A DNA stretch of 63,213 nucleotides from positions 26,629 through 89,841 of the forward strand of contig DAOPKE010000002.1 in the NCBI GenBank assembly GCA_035390965.1, given 5' to 3'. This DNA comes from Bacteroidales bacterium (GTDB lineage Bacteria > Bacteroidota > Bacteroidia > Bacteroidales > DTU049). Of the stretch, positions 39,401 through 46,814 are shown in pieces. The translations under genes were made by a program, and so were the position numbers. Below the pieces are notes generated by a model that ran no database searches, was not told the DNA's origin, and was given only the letters and a program-made list of their open reading frames with translations. The stretch's first letter is position 1; the number at the start of each line of letters is the position of its first letter.

Positions 39401-40443
39401 TTAATTCAAACGACCTGACGATGATTGTGAATCCATCTGTTTCACCTTCGGTTTCGATTGTTTCATCAGAGAATGGAGTTTGTGAAGGAACGCCCATTAC
39501 CTTTACCGCTGCGCCGGTCAATGGGGGCACTCCATCATATCAGTGGCTGGTCAACGGTGCCAATGTTGGCAGCAACATGAGTACTTTTACATCAACAACA
39601 CTAATTGACGGCGATGTTGTTAGCTGTGTGATTTCTTCAACAGCACCATGTGTTTCGCCCGTGATGGCCACTTCAAACACGATTGTTATGAATCTTTATC
39701 CCAATCTGACACCGTCTGTTGACATTGCATCACAACCAGCCGGCACCATCTGTCCGGGCACAACCAAAGAATTCACGGCAGTAGCCACCAATGGTGGAAC
39801 AGCACCGACTTTTGAATGGTTTGTTGACGGCGTTTCCGTTGGAACCGGATCAGTTCTGAATGGAGTATATTCCAATGGTCAGGTTATTTCATGTACCATG
39901 ACATCGACACAACCCTGTGTAATGCCAGCCATTGTTGATGCAAACCCAATCACAGTAAGCACATTCAATGTTACTCCGGTTACGATAAGTGATAATGGCG
40001 GGACACTAACTTCATCTGCCGCATACGGAAATCAATGGTATGAAGTCAGCAGCGGTGTTGTTGTTGGTGCCATCGGACAAACATTTGCTCCACTCTACGA
40101 AGGTGTTTATTATGTCGTTGTAACCGATGCCAATGGTTGCACAACAACATCAAACCAAATAGAATTCATCCTAGAAAGCATTGATGAAAACGGAGCTGCA
40201 ACCGTTACATTCTTTCCAAATCCAACCAGTGGAAATTTAGCTATTACATTCAACACGGCCTTCAACAACGGTACGCTGAAAATAGAAAACGCCATTGGAG
40301 AACTGGTCTTTGAAAAGAATATTACACAGAGCGCCGGAAGCGTGTTTACGATTGATTTCAGCGCTTATGCACCTGGTTCTTATTTCATCACCGTAAAAGA
40401 TTCTGAAAACGAAATAAAAAAACAGGTGATTTACGAAAAATAA
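33490..40443 (+). CDS. Giant T9SS-secreted multidomain surface protein (2317 aa)
   Basis: Domain order: signal peptide; about 490-aa conserved N-terminal domain; PKD domain (WNFGDGQTS...HTY..GTYTVTL); Ig-like modules; 15 tandem modules of about 89 aa; C-terminal T9SS type A sorting domain (FFPNPTSGNLAI...YFITV). Confidence 0.92.
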   Translation: MRNIYALLIFVVFLAFSSHTEAQTLKENTQQLQTEQTSNVIYPVRAWVTKPLRELTQENPWREPDFTTIPWVSPDRKNRPRQTFIYSAADGPEYGNDSSIIQTKMGTRDATQSTKALIKNWAGIQSSSYPPDPTGAVGPNHYIQSVNATTVRIFDKNGNTLESFLMGTIFGETSNAGDPIIMYDRFADRWFVSQFGDNNEIFIAISQTADPTGSYYAYEYVSPQFPDYLKFSIWHDGYYMTSNQSTDKVYVFERDLMLTGNSGARAIYQTFTTGSVSAFFVPLPADAADNHTLPAAGTPLPFFAYYDNAWGGGTDGIKIWTATTNWSAGTLTISTTPTQVNTSAFDASYDSNWDDVPQPNGVELDGIGGVLMYRAPWRSWSGYNNVILTWGVKISESPRQRAIMWCELRQISGTWSVYQQGIYAPDTHTRWMSSATMDDNGSIGLCYAKSSTTIYPGLYYTGRLASDPLGTMTLTETQVVAGTGSQSTYNRFGDYSQTSLDPDGVTFWHTGEYVTTTSGQETRVYSFQIPAGPLAPVANFTADATAPFCSGTVQFTDMSSNAPTSWLWNFGDGQTSTQQNPSHTYTASGTYTVTLTSTNTLGNDSEVKTSYITIDIPATASATNAERCGTGTVTLSASGTNTLNWYDAASGGNLLGTGTSFTTPSISTTTTYYVENNIPSAPANVGPAVGGASRNIAAILYFDVYQPMTLISVQARAQTTGVKTITLLDNTGATVYTANVTVNNSVTTITLNWVIQPGSGYQLLTLENSALYRISSGVSYPYTAPGLCSITGCDIGSAYYYSWFNWNVQGLGCGSTRVPAVATINPTVTPSVAVTPSATNICSGTGVTFTATPSNGGTPSYQWKVNGNNVGSNSPTFTSSALSDGDVITCTMTSTESCASPATATSSGITMTVNPVVTPAVSIAASASTICDGNSVTFTATPSNGGTPTYQWKLNGNNVGTGGTTYTNSGLNDGDIVSCVMTSTEVCATTGTANSNPVTMVVNPNVIPSVAVSESQNNICDGTNVTFTASPSNGGTPAYQWYLNSNPVGSNSATYSNAALNDGDEITCVMTSTAACASPSSVSSTPVTMTVNSAVTPSVSVNASSTSICDGTNVTFTASPVNGGTPTYQWLLNGNNVGSGGTTYSNASLNDGDVITCIMTSTETCATPTSVTSLPVSMSVSAPVTPSVAVSASETNICSGTSVTFNATPTNGGTPTYQWQVNGSNVGTGASYTNASLNDGDEITCIMTSTAACATPETVTSAPVNMTVNTTLTPSVMVSASATTICSGSSVTFSATPTNGGTPSYQWYLNGSPTGINSATYSNNALNDGDVITCEMTSSEICASPVLVVSSPVTITVSSSVTPSVSVNASSTNICSGTAVTFTATPTNGGTPAYQWYLNGSPTGINSATYNNAALNNGDEIICVMTSTESCASPTFATSAPVTMTVSSTLTPAVSVAASATSICSGNNVTFTANPVNGGTPAYQWYLNGSPVGGNSATYNDAALNDGDEITCVMTSTELCASPATATSAPVIITVNSTLTSAVSVAASATSICSGTDVAFTANPVNGGTPTYQWYLNGSPVGGNSATYNNSGLNNGDEITCVMTSTETCASPTTATSAPVTMIVNTSVTPSVAINASANNICSGTSVTFTATPTNGGTPVYQWYLNSNPVGSSSATYSNASLADGDVVSCMITSSETCATPSTATSAPVVMTVNANVTPSVSITPSATNICSGSEITFTANPVNGGTPSYQWLLNGSVTGTNSPVYSSSTLNNGDIVTCTMTSTETCADPVTAVSSQVAITVSTSVTPSVAINASATSICEGTSVLFTATPVNGGTPAYQWKINGNNVGGNSATFNSTSLNNGDVITCEMTSTETCANPASVTSGSITMTVVPSVTPLVSIAASTNDICYGTPVTFTATPTNGGTPTYQWILNGANVGSNSPNYSSSMLQNGDIISCIMISNVSCATATTVNSNDLTMIVNPSVSPSVSIVSSENGVCEGTPITFTAAPVNGGTPSYQWLVNGANVGSNMSTFTSTTLIDGDVVSCVISSTAPCVSPVMATSNTIVMNLYPNLTPSVDIASQPAGTICPGTTKEFTAVATNGGTAPTFEWFVDGVSVGTGSVLNGVYSNGQVISCTMTSTQPCVMPAIVDANPITVSTFNVTPVTISDNGGTLTSSAAYGNQWYEVSSGVVVGAIGQTFAPLYEGVYYVVVTDANGCTTTSNQIEFILESIDENGAATVTFFPNPTSGNLAITFNTAFNNGTLKIENAIGELVFEKNITQSAGSVFTIDFSAYAPGSYFITVKDSENEIKKQVIYEK
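35968..39960 (+). repeat. Intragenic tandem repeat: 15 units of 267 bp (about 89 aa) encoding Cys-containing Ig-like modules
   Basis: The recurring consensus is IC.GT.VTFTA.P.NGGTP.YQW.LNG..VG..S.TY....L.DGD.I.C.MTST..CA.P. NGGTP occurs 14 times plus one NGGTAP. The spacing of 267 nt was checked between 36051 and 36318. Confidence 0.9.
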
Positions 40444-40459
40444 AAATTGCATTTATACC

Positions 40460-40496
40460 AAAAAGGAGTCTCTTTCCGGGACTCCTTTTTTATTTT
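40460..40496 (+). terminator. Intrinsic terminator after the giant T9SS gene
   Basis: aaaaaGGAGTC-tctttccgg-GACTCCttttttatttt forms a 6-bp GC-containing stem extended by A/T pairs and followed by a T tract. Confidence 0.7.
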
Positions 40497-40617
40497 TATT
40501 AACTCTTTATTAACGCCACGCTTTTCACTATTTATTCAATCTAAAAACAAATTGTTGTATTTTTACAATTCAGGTTGTAAATTGCGGGGTTAAAAAGTCA
40601 AACAAAAAAACCACCAT

Positions 40618-41823
40618 ATGAAAAAAATTTTCTTTCCCTTCATGCTCATAACGCTGGTTCTTGCTTTTGCATCGTGCCAGAAAGACAAAGAAGGAGACAA
40701 CACCGATTTGAATTTCGGGTATGTAAAAGGAAATGTTTACACTCCCAGCGGAGTTCCTGTTCCTGCAGCCAGCATATTTATTGATGTTGAAGGCGAAATT
40801 TATTTTGCCCGCACCGATAAAAACGGATATTTCTATCTTCGCGCCCCAGAGGGCGAACGTGTGTTGAATCTGCAAGGCGGTGATGGAAGCATTTTCCGCT
40901 CACAATACAATGTTGAAATAAAAGCTGATGCCGTTACTGCATTTCCCGACAATACGCTAAAAATTTCACAGGCAGAAGAACTGGCCTATATACCAGGAGC
41001 TTTTGACCATATTGAAACAATACTCATCGACTCACTCGGATATACTGCAGACATGCTTTCGGTAGCCGATCTTGACAATCTGACATTGCTTGAATCGTAT
41101 GGCGCCATCTTTCTCAACTGCGGAAAAACCGGAAACATGGATAGTGTCAAGTATGAAAATCTTGAACAATATGTTATGAATGGTGGAAACATATATGCAT
41201 CCGACTGGGCCGTAGAATATCTCACCGGCGATGGCAACTTTCTTGCAAATTCCTCACAACCATTTGTCATGCATGAACACAAACTCACTCATGCTTCCAA
41301 TCCGAAATCAGGCTGCCTGAGTCCCGAAGTGGGTGGATTCATTGACGACGCAACCCTTTGTACCGACAAAGACGGCCCCTCCACCATGCTATATCAGGCC
41401 GACATTGTCGATACCCTTATTCAGGCCTTTTTGGGTAAAACCAAAATCGATATTGAATATGATCTGGGCGCATGGGAAGTTATTAAAGACCTTACCATTC
41501 CTTGGGAAGTACTTATTCAGGACCCTGTAACATATGGGCCACTGGCTGTTCGCATGAACTTTCCAACACAGGCAGCCACACGCAGTCAACTCGACCAGGG
41601 CTGGGTAACAATTTGCCACTTCCCTCCGGGAAATCCCTCCAATATGCAAACCATTACCATTTCAATCAATGCATTGCCAGCCCATCTTGCCCACGGTGAT
41701 TATATAGGCAGTTGTGTCGGCGGATCGGGAACCATTTTCTTCACTACATTCCACAATCACGTACAAGGCAATATCGGACCGGATACCTATCAGATGTTGC
41801 AATACTTTATCATGAATTTGTAG
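40618..41823 (+). CDS. Hypothetical lipoprotein with a CarboxypepD_reg-like N-terminal domain and an ICH.PPGNP...AHLAHGD..G.C motif
   Basis: 401 aa with lipobox LAFASC. GYVKGNVYTPSGVPVPAASIFID...TDKNGYFYL is a carboxypeptidase-regulatory-like beta-sandwich. The C-terminal region contains VTICHFPPGNPSNMQTITISINALPAHLAHGDYIGSC. Confidence 0.7.
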   Translation: MKKIFFPFMLITLVLAFASCQKDKEGDNTDLNFGYVKGNVYTPSGVPVPAASIFIDVEGEIYFARTDKNGYFYLRAPEGERVLNLQGGDGSIFRSQYNVEIKADAVTAFPDNTLKISQAEELAYIPGAFDHIETILIDSLGYTADMLSVADLDNLTLLESYGAIFLNCGKTGNMDSVKYENLEQYVMNGGNIYASDWAVEYLTGDGNFLANSSQPFVMHEHKLTHASNPKSGCLSPEVGGFIDDATLCTDKDGPSTMLYQADIVDTLIQAFLGKTKIDIEYDLGAWEVIKDLTIPWEVLIQDPVTYGPLAVRMNFPTQAATRSQLDQGWVTICHFPPGNPSNMQTITISINALPAHLAHGDYIGSCVGGSGTIFFTTFHNHVQGNIGPDTYQMLQYFIMNL

Positions 41824-41840
41824 TCCTTACAAATATTTTT

Positions 41841-41869
41841 AAAAGGCTTCCTTTTGGAGGCCTTTTTTA
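41841..41869 (+). terminator. Intrinsic terminator
   Basis: aaaaGGCTTCC-tttt-GGAGGCCtttttt forms a 7-bp stem (one G:T wobble) followed by T6. Confidence 0.7.
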
Positions 41870-41978
41870 TTGCTGATCTATTAGTACGGTTTTGAAAAGC
41901 TTATGCCCGCTGTCATTTAGAGATCACCAGCAAAACGTGTTTTGCAACAGAAATACGAAATGACAATGCGACAAACAT

Positions 41979-42132
41979 AATATTCCATCGTCCTATGGCG
42001 ACGAAGGAGTCAGAGGATATGGAATTCCACCATTAGGCGGACAGGCTGTTATGTTTGCTCCAAAACCGACGATTCCATATTCTGCGATTCTCTCCGGGAG
42101 TTTATCACGCCGTGGCGTGAATGGAATATCGG
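41979..42132. repeat. Imperfect-palindrome intergenic module, copy R2 (about 150 nt)
   Basis: Outer arms are atattccat (about 41980) and atggaatat (about 42122). Inner arms are cagaggatatggaattcc and gattccatattctg. It carries a gggagtttatc + TCACGCC-gt-GGCGTGA hairpin and lies 3' of hisS. Confidence 0.75.
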
Positions 42133-42173
42133 TTTTGCTGCTTCTTTGGTTTGAGAAATATGTTGTGCTTAGC

Positions 42174-43553
42174 CTATTCAAACAAAGCACTCATATCATT
42201 CAGCGAAAAGCTAAACAACGCAGTCTCGCTCACCTGCACCTGTTTGCCGCTGCTCATCTGCTTTAGAGTAACAATACCGGCAGCTTGTTCATCGGGACCC
42301 TGAATGAGCGTGTATGGAAATGCATATGCATCGGCATAGGAAAATTGTTTTTTCATTTTGGCTGCTTCGGGATACACCACGCATGCAATGCCGTTTTCGC
42401 GGAGTCTCTTCGCCATTTTCATTAGATCTGCCGCACTGTCTTCGCTGAAATTAATCAGCAGAATATCAGCGGTGCGACTGATGTTTTCGGGGAACAGATT
42501 CAACTCCATCATCACGTCATAAATGCGGTCGGCGCCAAACGAAACGCCTACGCCCGAAACACCCGGCAAGCCGAAAATGCCTGTCAGATCATCATATCGA
42601 CCACCTCCGCAAATGCTGCCCATGGCTACATCGCAGGCCGACACTTCGAAAATGGCACCGGTATAATAGCTGAGTCCGCGCGCTAGACTGACATCGAATT
42701 TCACCTGTGACCTGAGTTCAAGCGCATCGATAAAACCAAGCAGTTCCTCCATTTCAGCAATCCCCTTCATGCCGGCTTCCGAAACAAGGTATTTCTTCAA
42801 CTGCGTCAACATGGCTTCGTTGCTGCTGACCGGCTGCATGATGTCCATGAGCTTCTGCGGAACATCAGTCGGAAAACCGCGCTCAATCAGCTCTTTGCCG
42901 ACACCTTCCCATCCGGTTTTATCCAGCTTGTCGAGCGAAACCGTGAATTCAACAAAGCGATCGCTCACACCCAGTGCATCGGCAATGCCCTGCAGAATTT
43001 TGCGGTTGTTGATTTTCAACATTACGTTTACGCCTAATTTCTGAAACGCCGTATCAAGAATGTCCATCAGACCTGCTTCCTCCATCTGGCTGCGAGTGCC
43101 GATTACATCCACATCGCACTGATAGAATTCGCGGTAACGGCCTTTCTGTGGGCGATCGGCGCGCCACACGGGCTGCATCTGATAGCGGCGGAACGGAAAA
43201 GAAATTTCGTTCTGATTCATCACCACAAAACGTGCAAACGGCACAGTGAGATCGTAGCGCAAACCTTTTTCGGAAATATGTTTGATGACTTCGCTGCTTG
43301 TATGTTCTTTTTCGGCCGGAACCGAATTCATGAAATCGCCTGAATTGAGTACGCGGAAAATGAGGCGGTCGCCTTCTTCGCCGTATTTGCCCATCAGCGT
43401 GGAAAGCTGCTCCATCGATGGTGTTTCGATGGGCTGAAATCCATGCTTTTCGAACACCGAACGCAGAATGGAGAAAATATAATTCCTGCGCGCCATCTGC
43501 GCGGGAGAAAAATCGCGTGTGCCTTTCGGAACGGACAGAACAGTCTTTGCCAT
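42174..43553 (-). CDS. hisS: Histidine--tRNA ligase
   Basis: 459 aa with class II aaRS motifs (YQMQPVWRADRPQKGRYREFYQCD, GGGRYD) and a C-terminal anticodon-binding domain. Confidence 0.95.
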   Translation of the reverse strand: MAKTVLSVPKGTRDFSPAQMARRNYIFSILRSVFEKHGFQPIETPSMEQLSTLMGKYGEEGDRLIFRVLNSGDFMNSVPAEKEHTSSEVIKHISEKGLRYDLTVPFARFVVMNQNEISFPFRRYQMQPVWRADRPQKGRYREFYQCDVDVIGTRSQMEEAGLMDILDTAFQKLGVNVMLKINNRKILQGIADALGVSDRFVEFTVSLDKLDKTGWEGVGKELIERGFPTDVPQKLMDIMQPVSSNEAMLTQLKKYLVSEAGMKGIAEMEELLGFIDALELRSQVKFDVSLARGLSYYTGAIFEVSACDVAMGSICGGGRYDDLTGIFGLPGVSGVGVSFGADRIYDVMMELNLFPENISRTADILLINFSEDSAADLMKMAKRLRENGIACVVYPEAAKMKKQFSYADAYAFPYTLIQGPDEQAAGIVTLKQMSSGKQVQVSETALFSFSLNDMSALFE

Positions 43554-43702
43554 TGAAAAGTTTTTTGCGAAATTAGTGAAAATAAGGGAAACCCAAGTAG
43601 GTAAGGGCGAGGGCGAGGCATCGAAAGCGTGAAATAACTGTGAAGCACAATTGATGGAGGATGGTCACGCGTCAGGAGACGCGCGCCCATGTCGGGAGGT
43701 AT

Positions 43703-44053
43703 TTATTCATTATGTATTACGAAAACATGTCCATTCCAGGGATAACAACTTCCTCTACCGACTGTAAAACCTCTAATGGAAAATATAACCGAGAAAAGAA
43801 TAATAACAGAAAACATAACCAACAATATTCTTGAGATTTTCTTTCTCTTTGAAAAAATAATAAACATTACCAACAAAAATATTGACCAGGCAATTTGAAA
43901 ATAAAATGGAATTAAGTCTGCAAGGCACCCTCCATACGTAATTTTCCCAGCCATCATTAAGATAATTACCAGTACAAAAAAACCTATCGCTGACAATATG
44001 ATTGTATTAAATACTCTTGTCATCACTGATATAATTAAATTTTCCGAACTCAT
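43703..44053 (-). CDS. Hypothetical small membrane protein (3 TM segments)
   Basis: 116 aa. The start overlaps the upstream flippase stop in an ATGA arrangement (44050-44053), which suggests translational coupling. Confidence 0.55.
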   Translation of the reverse strand: MSSENLIISVMTRVFNTIILSAIGFFVLVIILMMAGKITYGGCLADLIPFYFQIAWSIFLLVMFIIFSKRKKISRILLVMFSVIILFSVIFSIRGFTVGRGSCYPWNGHVFVIHNE

Positions 44054-45537
44054 TTCCTCACAAAAATCCTCTTCAGCCGCGGCTCTGAAAAAGAAATGTA
44101 TATGACAAACACCATCAGCAGCAGTGTGTTGAAAGCCAGTCGCTGTGCAACATTGTCGGCGAAGAGATGTTGTGTGGTATATACCGAAACAAAATACAAT
44201 CCTGCACTAATCATCATGTAAGATAATATGCGCTTTAAATCGTAATTGACGCGATAGTATTTTTGTCCGAGGAAATAGGAAATGACCATCATCACTGCAT
44301 AGCAGGCAAAGTTGGCCCAGGCGCTGCCCATGTAGCCGATAACCGGAATCAGTGCGATGTTCAGACCAACTGAAATGGCAGTTCCAATCAAACTAATGTA
44401 AGCACCAAAACGTGTTTGTCCGGTGAGTTTGTACCAAATGCTAAGGTTATAAAAAATGCCCAGAAAAACATGGCTGTAGAGCAGAATCGGAACAATTTTC
44501 AATCCGCTGTAATACTCTTCGCCGACAAAATATTTTACAATGTCCATGTACAGAATGATGGCCAGAAACATAGCTGTCATGATGATGACAAAATATTTCA
44601 TCACATCGGCATAGGTTTGTTTGGCATCCGCATCTTTTTGCCGTGCAAAGAAAAAGGGCTCGGCTGCATAGCGGAATGCCTGAACGAAAATGGACATCAC
44701 AATAGCGATTTTAAAACACATTCCATAGATTCCAAGCTGGTACATGGCCACATCTTCGGGCAAAAGATATTTCAATAAAATACGGTCAACGGTTTCGTTG
44801 GCAATTCCGGCCAGCCCAAGAATAAGCAATGGAGCGGCGTACGACAACATCCGTTTCAGCAGTGAAAAAGAAATGCCAAATTTGATTTTGAATATATCAG
44901 GAATAAGTAAAATAAAAACAACAACCGAAGCAACAAGGTTGGAAACAAAAATATGTCCCACAACCGGCTCTCCATCGCAGATCCACGACAACATCTCTGG
45001 TCCCCACGAATAATTTTTGTACAGATAAGGCACCAGTAAAAGCAAAATCAGATTCAGCCCAATGTTTACAAAAATGCCGATCAGTTTAATGATGGCAAAG
45101 CGCATGGCTTTGTTTTCGGCGCGCAGCCTTGCAAACGGAATGCTTGTAAAAGCATCGAGACCGACAATCAGCGCGAAGTATTGAATGTATTCAGGATGGT
45201 CGCCATAGCGAAGCATTGCGGCAAGAGGCTGCGCAAAAATCAGCGCAGCTGCGATAAACAATGCACTCGTTGTGAAAAGCGAAGTAATTGTTGTAGAATA
45301 GACACGATTTTTATTCTCTTCTTTCTGATTGAAATTGAAAAAGGCCGTCTCCATTCCATACGTGAGAATGACGATGAAGAATGCGACATACGCATACATT
45401 TCGACATATACGGCCGATTCTTCCGGAAGAAAAACGCGGCTGTACATGGGCACCAGAAAATAATTAAGCAGGCGGCCCACAATGCTGCTGATGCCATATA
45501 CGGCTGTTTGTCCTGCCAAACTACGGAGATTTCCCAC
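44050..45537 (-). CDS. MOP-superfamily polysaccharide/oligosaccharide flippase (Wzx-like)
   Basis: 495 aa with about 12-14 TM segments. The N-terminus SLAGQTAVYGISSIVGRLLNYFLVPMY is typical of the polysaccharide biosynthesis protein family. Confidence 0.8.
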   Translation of the reverse strand: MGNLRSLAGQTAVYGISSIVGRLLNYFLVPMYSRVFLPEESAVYVEMYAYVAFFIVILTYGMETAFFNFNQKEENKNRVYSTTITSLFTTSALFIAAALIFAQPLAAMLRYGDHPEYIQYFALIVGLDAFTSIPFARLRAENKAMRFAIIKLIGIFVNIGLNLILLLLVPYLYKNYSWGPEMLSWICDGEPVVGHIFVSNLVASVVVFILLIPDIFKIKFGISFSLLKRMLSYAAPLLILGLAGIANETVDRILLKYLLPEDVAMYQLGIYGMCFKIAIVMSIFVQAFRYAAEPFFFARQKDADAKQTYADVMKYFVIIMTAMFLAIILYMDIVKYFVGEEYYSGLKIVPILLYSHVFLGIFYNLSIWYKLTGQTRFGAYISLIGTAISVGLNIALIPVIGYMGSAWANFACYAVMMVISYFLGQKYYRVNYDLKRILSYMMISAGLYFVSVYTTQHLFADNVAQRLAFNTLLLMVFVIYISFSEPRLKRIFVRK

Positions 45538-45636
45538 AATGAAATATTATGCGGTAAAATTACATTATTTCGCGGTACGAAGCCAATCCATTTTTTTCTT
45601 CCGCGACGGGTGCGAATGTTCGCGAAATTTTTATCC

Positions 45637-45785
45637 GACCTGCAGCGCAGGTCAAACAATAATAGCCCGGCGAAGCCGGGTTAAAAATCACGGTATATTG
45701 GACCCTGGCAGGGTCCAATTATTGCCTGCTATAATACATCCGGCTTCGCCGGACGCTATTATTGTTCGACATCCTCCGGACGTCG
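45637..45785. repeat. Multi-hairpin inverted-repeat element (REPIN-like doublet) between rpoD and the flippase gene
   Basis: GACCTGC-agc-GCAGGTC (45637-45653). The left arm aacaataatagcCCGGCgaaGCCGGg (45655-45680) is the near-exact reverse complement of the right arm CCGGCttcGCCGGacgctattattgtt (45740-45766). The central hairpin is ATTGGACCC-tggca-GGGTCCAAT (45697-45719). Confidence 0.8.
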
Positions 45786-45835
45786 GGAAAATTTTTCACA
45801 AAAACATGTAGTACCAAAGCTACACATCAAGTGCC

Positions 45836-46699
45836 TTACCCCAGATAAGTCTTGAGCAGTTTGCTTTTTGAATTGTGCTTCAGGCGACGCAATGCTTTTT
45901 CCTTGATCTGACGCACGCGTTCACGGGTGAGATCGAAATGCACGCCGATTTCTTCGAGAGTCCAGCTGTGATTAACACCAATGCCAAAATACAGATTGAT
46001 GATATCGCGTTCTTTTTCACTCAGTGTCGCCAGCGAACGTTCAATTTCGCGTGAAAGACTTTCGCTAATAAGATTCTGATCGGCACGTGGAGCATCGTAA
46101 TTGACCATGACATCAAGCATGCTGGTAGTATCATCGCTGACAATGGGCGCATCGACCGAAACATGACGTCCGGACAAACGCATGGTTTCCATCACTTTGT
46201 CTTCAGGAAGATCAAGACTGGTTGCAATTTCTTCTGCAGAAGGCGGGCGCTCATAGCGCTGTTCAAGTCTCGAAGCTTCCTTCGAAATTTTATTGAGCGA
46301 TCCCACCTGATTGAGAGGCAGACGTACGATACGTGACTGTTCGGCCAAGGCCTGAAGGATGGACTGACGGATCCACCAAACGGCGTAGGAAATAAATTTG
46401 AATCCGCGGGTTTCATCGAAACGCTGAGCAGCTTTGATAAGACCAAGATTACCTTCATTTATCAAATCAGGCAGACTAAGTCCCTGATTCTGATATTGTT
46501 TGGCCACCGAAACGACAAAGCGCAGGTTGGCGCGGGTTAATTTCTCAAGAGCAATCTGATCACCTTGTTTGATACGCTGAGCCAGCTGAACTTCTTCTTC
46601 GGCCGTTATCAATTCTTCTCTCCCTATTTCCTGCAGGTATTTATCAAGTGATGCGGTTTCACGATTGGTAATGGATTTTGATATTTTGAGTTGTCTCAT
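45836..46699 (-). CDS. rpoD: RNA polymerase primary sigma factor (sigma-70, Bacteroidota SigA/RpoD type)
   Basis: 287 aa with regions 1.2-4.2. [10 protein letters not shown] is region 2.3/2.4 and [27 protein letters not shown] is region 4.2. Confidence 0.93.
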   Translation of the reverse strand: MRQLKISKSITNRETASLDKYLQEIGREELITAEEEVQLAQRIKQGDQIALEKLTRANLRFVVSVAKQYQNQGLSLPDLINEGNLGLIKAAQRFDETRGFKFISYAVWWIRQSILQALAEQSRIVRLPLNQVGSLNKISKEASRLEQRYERPPSAEEIATSLDLPEDKVMETMRLSGRHVSVDAPIVSDDTTSMLDVMVNYDAPRADQNLISESLSREIERSLATLSEKERDIINLYFGIGVNHSWTLEEIGVHFDLTRERVRQIKEKALRRLKHNSKSKLLKTYLG

Positions 46700-46759
46700 A
46701 GTCTGATTTTGTTAAAATGCTGATTAGCAGCGTTTTGCGCAAGTTTTACAAATAGTGTA

Positions 46760-46767
46760 CAAAGGTA
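46760..46767 (-). promoter_or_regulatory. Candidate Bacteroidota -7 promoter box TACCTTTG (exact match to TAnnTTTG) upstream of rpoD
   Basis: The reverse complement of caaaggta lies about 60 nt upstream of the rpoD ATG, and a TTGG lies about 19 nt further upstream. Confidence 0.35.
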
Positions 46768-46814
46768 CGCTTTTTTAAGCCAAAAACCAAGCTATTTTAG
46801 CTGTATTTAACAGC

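Noticed and set aside
35889-39530. Series of 60-143 aa ORFs on both strands inside the giant T9SS gene
   Set aside because: They recur with the 267-bp periodicity of the sense-strand repeat (for example MVGVAVKVT...EQI..). They are therefore shadow frames of the tandem modules.
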